Shown here: positions 27,238 through 36,296 of the stretch, one piece after another | How positions within the stretch are numbered: position 1 is the stretch's first letter | Layout: every line of letters begins with the position of its first letter | DNA from: a virus | Taxonomy: Duplodnaviria > Caudoviricetes | Length of the DNA stretch: 41,072 bases | IMG/VR virus record: IMGVR_UViG_3300022930_000012 | Span: 1 to 41,072 of that record | Direction: 5' to 3' (one strand) | Position numbers and translations under genes: made by a program | Notes under the pieces: generated by a model | The model's database searches: none | What the model was told of the DNA's origin: nothing | Seen by the model: only the letters and a program-made list of their open reading frames with translations

Positions 27238-28497
27238 ATGAAAAAAACACTAAGAGATTACCAGAAACAAATATCATTAAAAGGAATTGAAATACTGCGT
27301 AAATACGGCCTTGTTTATTACTCTATGGAAGTACGTACCGGAAAAACTGCAACCGCTTTAGAAACGGCTTATTTGTACGGGGCAAAGGTTGTTTTGTTCC
27401 TAACTAAAAAAAGAGCGATTACGAGTATTGAAAATGACTATAAAGATTTCGGTTACGATGATAAATTTAATTTAATTGTGGCTAACGATGAAAGTTTACA
27501 TTTGATTACTTCAATGCCTGATTTAGTTATACACGATGAGCATCATAGATTTGGCGCTTTCCCAAAGCCAAACAAGACCGCAAAATTATTTAAAGATAAA
27601 TTCGGTAGGCTTCCAATGATTTTTTTATCTGGCACACCACATCCAGAATCATACTCGCAAATATTTCATCAATTCTGGGTAAAGGTTGGATTCTGGAAAA
27701 GACATATTAATTTTTACAAATGGTTTAATGAATTTGGCATAGCTAATAAAAAGCATTTAGGCTATGCGATCGTAAACGATTATACTAAATTGAACGATTC
27801 GGGAATGGAGGCTATAAAATGGATGCAAAGAAAACTATTCGTTACTTATACTCAAATTGAATCAGGTTTTACAACATCAGTAAATAAAAAAGTACTGTAT
27901 TGCGATATGAATTCAGAAACTCATTTCATGTGTAAAAAACTATGTAAAGAATTATTTATGACTATTGAGGGGAAAGAAGTAATTGCAGATACCGCTGTTA
28001 AATTACAATCAAAAATACATCAATTGTCAAGCGGATCAATTATTGCAGATGATAAAGATGTAATTATTACCGATATTTCTAAAGTAGAATTTATACACAA
28101 TCATTTCAAAGGAAAAAAAATGGCAATATTCTATTTTTTCAAAGCTGAGTATGATATGTTGAAATTAATATTTCAAGGCAGTTTAACTGATAATTTAGAG
28201 GAATTCAATAAAACTGATAAACATATAGCTTTACAGCAAATATCAGGAGCTGAAGGGATTAGTTTAGCCAAAGCAGATGTATTAATTTTTTATAACTTTG
28301 GTTTTTCTAATGTGAAATTTACTCAGGCAATTGACCGATTAACCACAATGGAACGAAAAGAAAACGATGTTTATTTTATATTCGGGAAAGGAGGAATAGA
28401 AGAAAAAATATATAATCGACTGGAACTAAAAAAAGATTACATAACGTCAGCATTTAAAAAAGATTACAATGTCAAATTTCCAAAAAAAGTTAATTAA
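27238..28497 (+). CDS. Superfamily 2 (SNF2-like) helicase
   Basis: LRDYQ, RTGKT, DEHH, LSGTP, GAEGISL, QAIDR motifs. Confidence 0.88.
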   Translation: MKKTLRDYQKQISLKGIEILRKYGLVYYSMEVRTGKTATALETAYLYGAKVVLFLTKKRAITSIENDYKDFGYDDKFNLIVANDESLHLITSMPDLVIHDEHHRFGAFPKPNKTAKLFKDKFGRLPMIFLSGTPHPESYSQIFHQFWVKVGFWKRHINFYKWFNEFGIANKKHLGYAIVNDYTKLNDSGMEAIKWMQRKLFVTYTQIESGFTTSVNKKVLYCDMNSETHFMCKKLCKELFMTIEGKEVIADTAVKLQSKIHQLSSGSIIADDKDVIITDISKVEFIHNHFKGKKMAIFYFFKAEYDMLKLIFQGSLTDNLEEFNKTDKHIALQQISGAEGISLAKADVLIFYNFGFSNVKFTQAIDRLTTMERKENDVYFIFGKGGIEEKIYNRLELKKDYITSAFKKDYNVKFPKKVN

Positions 28498-28735
28498 AGA
28501 ATATACTCAAAAAGGATATACTGTTTTGAAAACTATTCGTTTAAACTCAAACGCCTATCCAGATTTATTATGTATGAAATTAGGAGAAGTAGATATTTGG
28601 ATTGAATCAAAAGAATTAAATGATGATTTAAAGCCACTACAGAAACTAAGAATTGACCAATTAAATGCATTAGGTAAACGTGCCTTTTGTATGCAAGACA
28701 CTAAGGGGATTATTTATCCCCTACCCAAAAATTGA
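28469..28735 (+). CDS. VRR-NUC domain nuclease
   Basis: YPDL...WIESK...KPLQ PD-(D/E)xK motif next to helicase. Confidence 0.85.
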   Translation: MSNFQKKLIKEYTQKGYTVLKTIRLNSNAYPDLLCMKLGEVDIWIESKELNDDLKPLQKLRIDQLNALGKRAFCMQDTKGIIYPLPKN

Positions 28736-28757
28736 GCCTTACCTAAAATAGAGAATT

Positions 28758-29108
28758 ATGTTAGATATTTTGAGACATTGGAATCCGGAACTAAAGCAAT
28801 CAGTAAATAGTAAACATGTTTACATTGCTAATTATTGTCCAGTATGTAAATATTATAATTATTCAGGCAGGCATTTTAGATATAATACTCAATTAAAAAA
28901 TATTAAATGCTACAATTGCGGAATGGGCGCAAAAAACATACAAACCTTATTGCATCAAATTAGAAATGGTGTAAATCCAGGTTATTGTAATCTTGTCAGC
29001 CACGAAAGAAAGCGAGATTATGAGAGACGTAAATTGACCTTAGAGAGATTAAGATTTGAAAAGGTATCAAAGTGTGAGACAGAGTATGAAAGTGCTATGC
29101 CGTTTTGA
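28758..29108 (+). CDS. Zinc-finger protein (primase Zn-binding-like)
   Basis: CPVC...CYNCG. Confidence 0.6.
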   Translation: MLDILRHWNPELKQSVNSKHVYIANYCPVCKYYNYSGRHFRYNTQLKNIKCYNCGMGAKNIQTLLHQIRNGVNPGYCNLVSHERKRDYERRKLTLERLRFEKVSKCETEYESAMPF

Positions 29109-29117
29109 CCGCGTTGC

Positions 29118-29154
29118 CGGTTAGTTTAGCTCAAATGGTCGCTAACCGTTTTTT
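29118..29154 (+). terminator. Possible terminator
   Basis: CGGTTAG...CTAACCG plus T6. Confidence 0.5.
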
Positions 29155-29200
29155 ATTAAAATTGAGCCTTATTTCAAAACTAAAAATAAATAGAGAAATT

Positions 29201-29416
29201 ATGTATAAAGTAGAAGTAACTTACTCGGCAAACAAAGTATCTAAAATACAAGTAGGTCAATTTTCAGCAGAATCCTATATGACAATAGGAGAAACTGTAT
29301 CTGAATTAGTAGAAAGGCGTTTAGAGGAAATGCAAGAAATTAATCCTGAAAACATAAGCATCACTTTAGATTTGCAATATATTGAAGATGATGACGAAGA
29401 CTGCGATGATTACTAA
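29201..29416 (+). CDS. Acidic hypothetical protein
   Basis: ATG 29201 with A-rich leader preferred over TTG 29105. Confidence 0.55.
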   Translation: MYKVEVTYSANKVSKIQVGQFSAESYMTIGETVSELVERRLEEMQEINPENISITLDLQYIEDDDEDCDDY

Positions 29417-29452
29417 CCAACCTTATTTTAAATAACATTAAAAAAAAAGATT

Positions 29453-29779
29453 ATGAACGACAAAGAAAAACAATTTGAAGAAGTTATTGAATCAACACTA
29501 AAACAGATTAGAGATCTTTTAATAACAAAAGGAAAAGAATATAGACGAAACAATGATCCATATCATAATTTTAACCGAGGAGCAGAGCTTACAGGAAAAA
29601 GCACTGAAGAAGTTCTACAAGGATTTTTATTAAAACATTTAATATCAGTTGAGGATATTAGAAACGACATAAAAGAAGGAATTATGCCTAAATCAGACAA
29701 AGTGAATGAAAAATACAATGACATTTTAGTATATTTCCTAATCGAGAAAGCTATGTTGTTGGATAGAATTAACTATTAA
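29453..29779 (+). CDS. Conserved all-helical phage protein (possible nucleotide pyrophosphohydrolase-like)
   Basis: KGKEY...DPYHNF...KH...D..VY pattern. Confidence 0.55.
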   Translation: MNDKEKQFEEVIESTLKQIRDLLITKGKEYRRNNDPYHNFNRGAELTGKSTEEVLQGFLLKHLISVEDIRNDIKEGIMPKSDKVNEKYNDILVYFLIEKAMLLDRINY

Positions 29780-29785
29780 CGGAAT

Positions 29786-30031
29786 TTGGATATGAAAACA
29801 GGAAAAAAGAATTTAACCGCACAACAATTATACAATGCCTGTATGAATCACAGGTTTTTAATATTAAGATATTCAAGAGATAATTCTACTATTGCGGTTA
29901 ATTGTAGAATAGCAAGATTTACTTATTTATCTAATTTTAAAGATTCAGATCAAAGAACTAAATTTATTTCTTATACTCCATGTGGTTTTATGGAATACAT
30001 AACAAATAAAGTTCCATTCTTTTATGCGTAA
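29786..30031 (+). CDS. Hypothetical protein
   Basis: ORF. Confidence 0.5.
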   Translation: MDMKTGKKNLTAQQLYNACMNHRFLILRYSRDNSTIAVNCRIARFTYLSNFKDSDQRTKFISYTPCGFMEYITNKVPFFYA

Positions 30032-30216
30032 ATATTTAATCTGGTGGCGAAATTTACCTACCGAAACCAAAAAACAAATCATGCAATCCAACTCAATCAA
30101 AGTAATCACATACGCCGACATTAAGCGACTTTATTTGGAAGGGAGGAAATAAATTGAAAATAAAGTATTGTTATTAGAAATGTTTTTTATATCTTTTAAA
30201 AATAAAACTTAAAATT

Positions 30217-30507
30217 ATGAACTACGGAAAAGCAATTAAAGAATTAAGAAATTCATTATTATTAGAGAATCAAGACGATTTTTCACATAATATCGGAATT
30301 ACACAGGGTCATTTATCGTCTATTGAAAATGAAAAGAAAAACCCAAGCGCACAGCTATTAGAAAGAATATCTGAGTACACCAAAATTCCAACGCCTATAT
30401 TATCATGGTTGGCAATTGAAGAAAAAGATATTCCGGAAAATAAAAAAGAAGCATTTGAATTATTGAAGCCAAGTATTGATAATTTTGTTTCAGGATTTTT
30501 TAACTAA
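30217..30507 (+). CDS. XRE-family HTH transcriptional regulator
   Basis: GKAIKELR...IGITQGHLSSIENEKKNPS. Confidence 0.9.
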   Translation: MNYGKAIKELRNSLLLENQDDFSHNIGITQGHLSSIENEKKNPSAQLLERISEYTKIPTPILSWLAIEEKDIPENKKEAFELLKPSIDNFVSGFFN

Positions 30508-30547
30508 AATAAATGTTAAAATGTATTGCTAAAAGAAATAACATTTG

Positions 30548-30555
30548 TATCTTTG
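30548..30555 (+). promoter_or_regulatory. Bacteroidota -7 promoter
   Basis: TATCTTTG with upstream TTG. Confidence 0.7.
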
Positions 30556-30586
30556 AATATGTTTAACCACTAAAACAAATTAAATT

Positions 30587-30775
30587 ATGAATGAAGATGC
30601 TTACAACACGATTATGGCACTTTTTAAATCCGGAGAAATGGAAAGTATAAAGTTCACAAAAAAAGGCAAGATAATCGTTAAATGGAAACGAGAGGGGATA
30701 GTTATTCAATACACCGGAATCAATTCAATGAATCAAGTATTGAAAGATTTGGAAATGTTTGAAGAGACAATTTAA
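30587..30775 (+). CDS. Hypothetical protein
   Basis: After promoter and TAACCACTAAAAC leader. Confidence 0.6.
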   Translation: MNEDAYNTIMALFKSGEMESIKFTKKGKIIVKWKREGIVIQYTGINSMNQVLKDLEMFEETI

Positions 30776-30829
30776 AAACAAAAAACAAAGCCGGTGTAAA
30801 AGCCGGCTATTAAAAAAATATCAACTATC

Positions 30830-31072
30830 ATGAAAAACTTTACCAAACAAGAATTAGCACAATTAAACAAAATGAATAAAGGAGCTTTTCACATCAACAC
30901 AGAAGAACTTGAAACAGTGTGTAAAAACGCTTCAGAATCATTATTAAGACTACAAAAAACTATTGATTCGCTCCCAAAAAGAAAGTCACTATTCGAACCC
31001 TTTTACGACTACATGTCTAACCTTATCAACGGAGGCAAATCAATTGCTCCTAATGAGCTTAAATCATTTTAA
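30830..31072 (+). CDS. Hypothetical protein
   Basis: ORF with A-rich leader. Confidence 0.6.
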   Translation: MKNFTKQELAQLNKMNKGAFHINTEELETVCKNASESLLRLQKTIDSLPKRKSLFEPFYDYMSNLINGGKSIAPNELKSF

Positions 31073-31074
31073 TT

Positions 31075-31176
31075 ATGAAAACATTTATTTACAATTACGG
31101 AGGTTACATTTTATTTGCAACTGCAATATTAGTGACATTTTTATGGAAAATATTTTACCCTAATTTGAAATGGTAG
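31075..31176 (+). CDS. 33-aa single-TM peptide (not in ORF track)
   Basis: MKTFIYNYGGYILFATAILVTFLWKIFYPNLKW; overlaps next start. Confidence 0.55.
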   Translation: MKTFIYNYGGYILFATAILVTFLWKIFYPNLKW

Positions 31177-31376
31177 CACTATTCAAAAAACCACCAGGCG
31201 TTCCATGCCCACCACGAAATCCACATTGCAACGGTAATGCTCCGGATGTTCCTTTAGATAATCCTTACTTTATTTGCATAATGATTGTTATAGCGATTTT
31301 AATCATAGCTTATAAAACTGGAATATTCGCCTGGATAAAACACGATGTATTAATTAACCAATCTAAAAGTAAGTAG
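31170..31376 (+). CDS. Small Pro-rich membrane protein with PID-CTERM-like motif
   Basis: PPGVPCPPRNPHC...DVPLD followed by TM helix. Confidence 0.55.
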   Translation: MVALFKKPPGVPCPPRNPHCNGNAPDVPLDNPYFICIMIVIAILIIAYKTGIFAWIKHDVLINQSKSK

Positions 31377-31378
31377 TT

Positions 31379-31771
31379 ATGACTAAAGAAGAAAAAATTA
31401 AAGAGGCTTATAAAGAATTAGGTATAAACTTTCATGAAAACGTATTATACGACAAAGGCTGGATGCGTATATCACCAAGTCAATATAGCTCAAAATATGA
31501 TAAATTAGACTTATTAAAATTAACAGACCATACGCATTCTATTCGTCCTAAATCCTTACAAGGAATAGAAAACAACAACGGTTGGATTAAAATTGAATCG
31601 GAAGATGATTTGCCGAAAGAATCAGGGCTATATGATTTCCAAGTTTATCCTCAAAGATCATATAGACCAAATAATTTATATTGGCATAAAGGAGCTACTA
31701 AAATAGGATGGTATATTGAAACTTATACTCACTACCAAAAGACAGAAATACGCAAACCGCCTTTATATTAA
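31379..31771 (+). CDS. Hypothetical phage protein
   Basis: NNNGWIKIESEDDLP motif. Confidence 0.65.
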   Translation: MTKEEKIKEAYKELGINFHENVLYDKGWMRISPSQYSSKYDKLDLLKLTDHTHSIRPKSLQGIENNNGWIKIESEDDLPKESGLYDFQVYPQRSYRPNNLYWHKGATKIGWYIETYTHYQKTEIRKPPLY

Positions 31772-31792
31772 CCAATCAAAACAAAAATAATT

Positions 31793-32314
31793 ATGAAATT
31801 AGAATTGAAAAAATTAATATCAAGCCGTTTATTTGGTGAATTAATCAGGAGTGAAGAACCGGGTTTTAAAAATCGAGAAGATTATTTAATATTGTATGAA
31901 TCACAAAGAAATAATTACGATGATTTTCTAAAACAACAATTGGCTATTTGGATGTTCGTTCCCTGCAAGTTAGTTGACGGTGTTTGGGTTGTTTTGGAAG
32001 AGCCTAAAGATTGGAAAAACTGGCAAGATGTTTATATTGCCAATAACACAGAGGGAAAGACAAAAGATCGTTACACAAGTCAATTGTCGGCAAGGTGGGA
32101 TTGTCAAGAATACCAAGAAGCAAAAGACTGGGTATTGTTTGAGGGGTTTAAGTTTAAAGAAGCAGAACACAGCACTCATAGGTCGTTTATTAAGTTTCCT
32201 AATAAATCAAGAATGTTATTATATCCTGATTTATGGAGATTACTTACTATAGAAGATTTAGTAAAATACAATTTAGAACTAACGCCAGCAGCCGAAAAAC
32301 AAATAGGAATTTAA
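31793..32314 (+). CDS. Hypothetical phage protein
   Basis: MFVPC...VLEEP...VLFEGF. Confidence 0.65.
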   Translation: MKLELKKLISSRLFGELIRSEEPGFKNREDYLILYESQRNNYDDFLKQQLAIWMFVPCKLVDGVWVVLEEPKDWKNWQDVYIANNTEGKTKDRYTSQLSARWDCQEYQEAKDWVLFEGFKFKEAEHSTHRSFIKFPNKSRMLLYPDLWRLLTIEDLVKYNLELTPAAEKQIGI

Positions 32315-32339
32315 CCACTAACAAAACAAAATAGAAATT

Positions 32340-32588
32340 ATGGAATTTAAAGGGACGAAAGGAGAGTGGTATAAAATGGAAGCACAAAGAATGGGCGTGC
32401 CTTTTATTATTTGCTCAGGTAACGAAACTATATTTCAGGCTTATGGAGAATATGCTGAACATAATGTTAATTTAGCTTTATGCGCTCCTGAAATGCTTCA
32501 AAAGTTAATTGATATAGCTTTTTTTGCTAATCTAACAAATGAACAGCAAAAAGATATTAATTCATTTTTAAATAAAGTATTATCATGA
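32340..32588 (+). CDS. Conserved phage protein
   Basis: MEFKGTKGEW...CAPEML. Confidence 0.7.
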   Translation: MEFKGTKGEWYKMEAQRMGVPFIICSGNETIFQAYGEYAEHNVNLALCAPEMLQKLIDIAFFANLTNEQQKDINSFLNKVLS

Positions 32589-32797
32589 AACAACCTTATC
32601 TATTCATGTTCGTATATTGGCATGATTCACCTCCTAAGTATATTTTGTGTTATGGCGAAAATGAAGAAATTGCAAAATAATTAGCAAGTAAAAAATTATT
32701 TTATAACAATGGAGAGCCCGCAAAAATAAATGATATTGTTTCCTGCACTTATGGAATTTAAAAGCAACAACAATTTAACCAAGTAAAAAACAATGTT

Positions 32798-32980
32798 ATG
32801 GAAAAGGAAATAAAAGAAGTTACGTGCCCTGATTGCGGGGGTTATGGTTATGTAGTAGATATAATATCCAAATGTTGCGGAAATGCAAATGAATATGGCA
32901 GTTGTTGTGGTATTCCTGAACCTGAGCAATTTCAAAGAGAATGTTATTGCGATAATGGTAAAATCATAATTGAAATTTAA
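32798..32980 (+). CDS. Small DnaJ-type zinc-finger-like protein
   Basis: CPDCGGYG...CYCDNG. Confidence 0.6.
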   Translation: MEKEIKEVTCPDCGGYGYVVDIISKCCGNANEYGSCCGIPEPEQFQRECYCDNGKIIIEI

Positions 32981-33292
32981 CCAAACATTAGTATAATTAA
33001 AAACAAACCAATATGACAAAATCAGACAAATCACTAATAACATCGGCATCAATAGCAATATTAATTTTAATATATTTTGGATTATGATTAAAGATTTCAA
33101 AACAAAAAACGGTGATGGCAGATTGATTATTCAAAAAACTATATTTGGTTTTGGATTTATGATAGATTTTCAATCAGCAACATTCGGTAGGATAAAAAAA
33201 TGGCAATTAGAAATAGATTTAATATTTATCCGTTTTTGGTGGATGCAATATTAACTTTGCGATGGTTTTTTGCTTTTTATGTTGGAAATGTT

Positions 33293-33300
33293 TAATTTTG
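33293..33300 (+). promoter_or_regulatory. Promoter for terminase operon
   Basis: TAATTTTG. Confidence 0.55.
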
Positions 33301-33331
33301 GTCAATTGAATAATCAATACTTTTTTCAATA

Positions 33332-33619
33332 ATGTCAGAAAAATCTAATAAAGGGGGAACGAGAGAAGGAGCCGGAAGAAAGTCTAAAGCGGATGAAGAA
33401 AAAGCTAATCAGATTTTTTTAACTATGATAAAGGAAGTTAAGAAAGTCGATACTGATGATGAGGCTAGAATTGCATTAGCAAAAGAGTTGTTTACTTTCG
33501 AGCGTGGTTGTATGTTTATAGCTGAGCATGTATTTGGCAAACCAAAAGAAACAATAGAGCAAATAAACTTTAATTTAGCACCTATATTCGGAGAAAACCC
33601 ATTAGATAATAAAGACTAA
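33332..33619 (+). CDS. terS: Terminase small subunit
   Basis: GGTREGAGRK N-terminus; coupled to large subunit. Confidence 0.75.
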   Translation: MSEKSNKGGTREGAGRKSKADEEKANQIFLTMIKEVKKVDTDDEARIALAKELFTFERGCMFIAEHVFGKPKETIEQINFNLAPIFGENPLDNKD

Positions 33620-34851
33620 TGTTTAAGTTTAAACCTACAACAGCTCTATATAAAATTAAAGCCCTATTACGAAATGTAAGCAGGGTTTTTGTTATTTCAG
33701 GAGGACAGGGGGCAGGAAAAACAATATCGATACTAATGCTTATTATTGACTATGCACACCGTAACGATAAAAAGAAAATATCTATAATTTCGGCTGAGCT
33801 TTCAAAGATGAAGAAAACTGTGATAAAGGATTTTTTGGATATAATGCAGGATTGGAATATGATGCAATACGGGCGTTGGAATATATCAGAAAATACTTTT
33901 ACATTCAAAAACGGAACTTTTATTGAGTTTCTAGGTCTAGATACTCATGATGTAGGAAAAGGGATGAGACGTGATTTAGTTTACTTTAATGAGGCTAATA
34001 AGTTAAAATTAGAAGCTTATAGGCAAGTTGGATCTCGTTGTAAATTAAACATTATTGACTTTAATCCAGATCAACGTTTTTGGGGGCACGATTTAATAGA
34101 TACTAATAATTTCCTTAACCTTACATTCAAAGACAATGAATACCTTTCAAAAGAAGAAGTTGAAAGTATCCAGGAATATTACACTAAAGGATATTCGGAA
34201 GCCGGAATAATCATAAATGAATATTGGGCTAACATTTGGCGTGTTTATGGATTGGGAGAAATTGGATCTGTTGAAGGACGTGTTTTTACGCATTTTAAGA
34301 CAATATCTTACAACGACTATCACAATATTAATTTAAGTAAAGTTTACGCTATTGACTGGGGTAAAAATCACGGATTTGGTATAATTGAAGGTAAATTTGA
34401 CAGATACAGTAATGATTTTTATACTCATGAATTAAATTATAAATCCGAAAACAAATTAACCTCTGAGTTATCGGATAGCGAAAAAGCTTTTGTAAATAAC
34501 GCTGATAATGGTGGTATAATAATTTATACGGTTAAAAAATCAGGGATTCCAAAAGACGCAACTATTGTTTGCGATAGTGCAAGACCAGACAACATTTTAC
34601 TCCTACGAAATCATGGTTGGGAATATGCTTACGGGATAGATAAGCCTAAAGGCTCTGTTATGGCTAATATTTCTTTAATGCAATCAACTAACGTGCATTA
34701 TACGGATTGTTCTGCAGGAATAGAACACGAGTATCAAACGTATCAGTACAGACAAGACAGAATGGGAACGGTAGATGATGAAATACTAAAAGAAAATGAC
34801 GATTTAATTGATCCAATGATGTATTTAAGACGTCATTTCAATAATAATTAA
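33619..34851 (+). CDS. terL: Terminase large subunit (PBSX-like)
   Basis: GGQGAGKT, YFNEAN, DFNP, IDWG, CDSA, DDLID motifs. Confidence 0.93.
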   Translation: MFKFKPTTALYKIKALLRNVSRVFVISGGQGAGKTISILMLIIDYAHRNDKKKISIISAELSKMKKTVIKDFLDIMQDWNMMQYGRWNISENTFTFKNGTFIEFLGLDTHDVGKGMRRDLVYFNEANKLKLEAYRQVGSRCKLNIIDFNPDQRFWGHDLIDTNNFLNLTFKDNEYLSKEEVESIQEYYTKGYSEAGIIINEYWANIWRVYGLGEIGSVEGRVFTHFKTISYNDYHNINLSKVYAIDWGKNHGFGIIEGKFDRYSNDFYTHELNYKSENKLTSELSDSEKAFVNNADNGGIIIYTVKKSGIPKDATIVCDSARPDNILLLRNHGWEYAYGIDKPKGSVMANISLMQSTNVHYTDCSAGIEHEYQTYQYRQDRMGTVDDEILKENDDLIDPMMYLRRHFNNN

Positions 34852-34861
34852 AATAAATCAT

Positions 34862-34956
34862 TATATTTGCTTTAAATAAAAATCATTGATGCGATATCAA
34901 AGAGAAGAAAATACTAATCAAAGCACTAACTGTTTAATTACGGATAGTGCTTTTTT
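34862..34956 (+). promoter_or_regulatory. Promoter and terminator-like leader ahead of the head operon
   Basis: TATATTTG 34862-34869; AAAGCACTA...TAGTGCTTTTTT 34920-34956. Confidence 0.6.
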
Positions 34957-34969
34957 ACTTTTATTTTAA

Positions 34970-36220
34970 ATGAGTTGGATTAGAAATGTATTAGGTTTAG
35001 GCTTTCTTGATGATGTAATTACATACATCAACAGGCAGTTAGATGGTAAGGCTCAATACAACGACTATTCTGACGATGTTAAAAAGTTAGAGGCGATATT
35101 TTCAAATCCGGCTGTATTAAAAGTATTTGCTTTGCAATGTGATTTATTCTCTTTGGGCAAAGTTTACGTTTATAAAGATGGCAAAGAAGTTGATAATGAT
35201 CCGTTCTTAGACATGATTAAAAAACCAAACCCATTTCAAAAAGAATCTCAGTTTCTTTGGGATATGATGTTTTGGAATATGGTGGGTAACACTTATGCTT
35301 ATTGCGATTCTAAAATAGTTTCTGAAGATAATTTGTTATACGTGTTGGAAAACAATAAAATGGATTTCCCAACAGAAATGAAGACTTATCAAGATAAGAT
35401 AATATTGTCAAAAGGTTTGAGACAAAAGATTAATGATTTTATGATCGGTTATAAATATGCGGATGGTAGCGGAACAACATTCCAATGGGGGAAAATTATT
35501 CACACTCCTGATTTGACAAACGGAGCAGGGAATTGGTTCAGAGGTGCAAGCCGTATCGATGCTTTATTTAAGATTATATCTAACTCAGAAGCTGCGATGG
35601 ATGCTTTAAATATAAACATTCGTTATAGCGGAAAGTTTATGGTTGCAGGGCAAGCTGATCCAAACAACGTTACTCAATTGCCAATGGGTGAAACTGAAAA
35701 ACAAGATATTGAAACTAAAATGAATGGGCGTAAATCTGTTCATGCCGTTAAATCAATGATTGATATCAAAAGGTTTGTTGATAATTTAAGCTCATTAAAA
35801 TTAGATGAAATTCAATTAGCACAAATGTTTTTAATAGGTTCGATTTATAATATTCCAAAAGACGTTTTAGAAGCTTTATCTTCTGGAACTTATGAGAATC
35901 AAGAAAAAGCAAGAGGAGCTTTTATAAGCTATTGTTTAGCTCCAAAAGGTAAATTATTCTTTGAGGGATTCGCTTCGTTTTTTGGGTATGATTTAGAAGG
36001 AAAAGAAATAATTATTGATTGGGAACATTTGCCTTTTATGCAGGTTTTCGCTAAAGAAAGAGCTGAAACATTACAAACTCAATCTGAAACATTGTTAAAT
36101 TTAATGCGTGCAGGAATTGAATTGAACGAGATAAATGAAATGTTAGATACTAACTTTACAAAATTAGATTATGAAAGAGCAGAAAGAGCAACTCAAACAA
36201 GAAGTAATCAATCAAATTAG
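34970..36220 (+). CDS. Portal protein
   Basis: 416 aa after terL; KKPNPFQ, GNTY, IYNIPKDVL, TYENQE motifs. Confidence 0.9.
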   Translation: MSWIRNVLGLGFLDDVITYINRQLDGKAQYNDYSDDVKKLEAIFSNPAVLKVFALQCDLFSLGKVYVYKDGKEVDNDPFLDMIKKPNPFQKESQFLWDMMFWNMVGNTYAYCDSKIVSEDNLLYVLENNKMDFPTEMKTYQDKIILSKGLRQKINDFMIGYKYADGSGTTFQWGKIIHTPDLTNGAGNWFRGASRIDALFKIISNSEAAMDALNINIRYSGKFMVAGQADPNNVTQLPMGETEKQDIETKMNGRKSVHAVKSMIDIKRFVDNLSSLKLDEIQLAQMFLIGSIYNIPKDVLEALSSGTYENQEKARGAFISYCLAPKGKLFFEGFASFFGYDLEGKEIIIDWEHLPFMQVFAKERAETLQTQSETLLNLMRAGIELNEINEMLDTNFTKLDYERAERATQTRSNQSN

Positions 36221-36296
36221 GCATACAACCGATCCGATGATTAAAAAGGTATTGGAAAAACGTTTGAAAGAAATAGATAAAGAAGTAAAAAAATGA
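36171..36296 (+). CDS. 41-aa helical protein overlapping portal end (not in ORF track)
   Basis: MKEQKEQLKQEV...EVKK; stop overlaps the next ATG (ATGA). Confidence 0.5.
   Translation: MKEQKEQLKQEVINQIRHTTDPMIKKVLEKRLKEIDKEVKK

Noticed and set aside
29118-29150. TAGCTCAAATGG resembling a tRNA D-arm
   Set aside because: No anticodon or T arm follows; better explained as a terminator hairpin
11674-32252. Alternative-frame + ORFs 11674, 24923, 30963, 31974
   Set aside because: Nested in or overlapping credible genes, with TTG or weak starts
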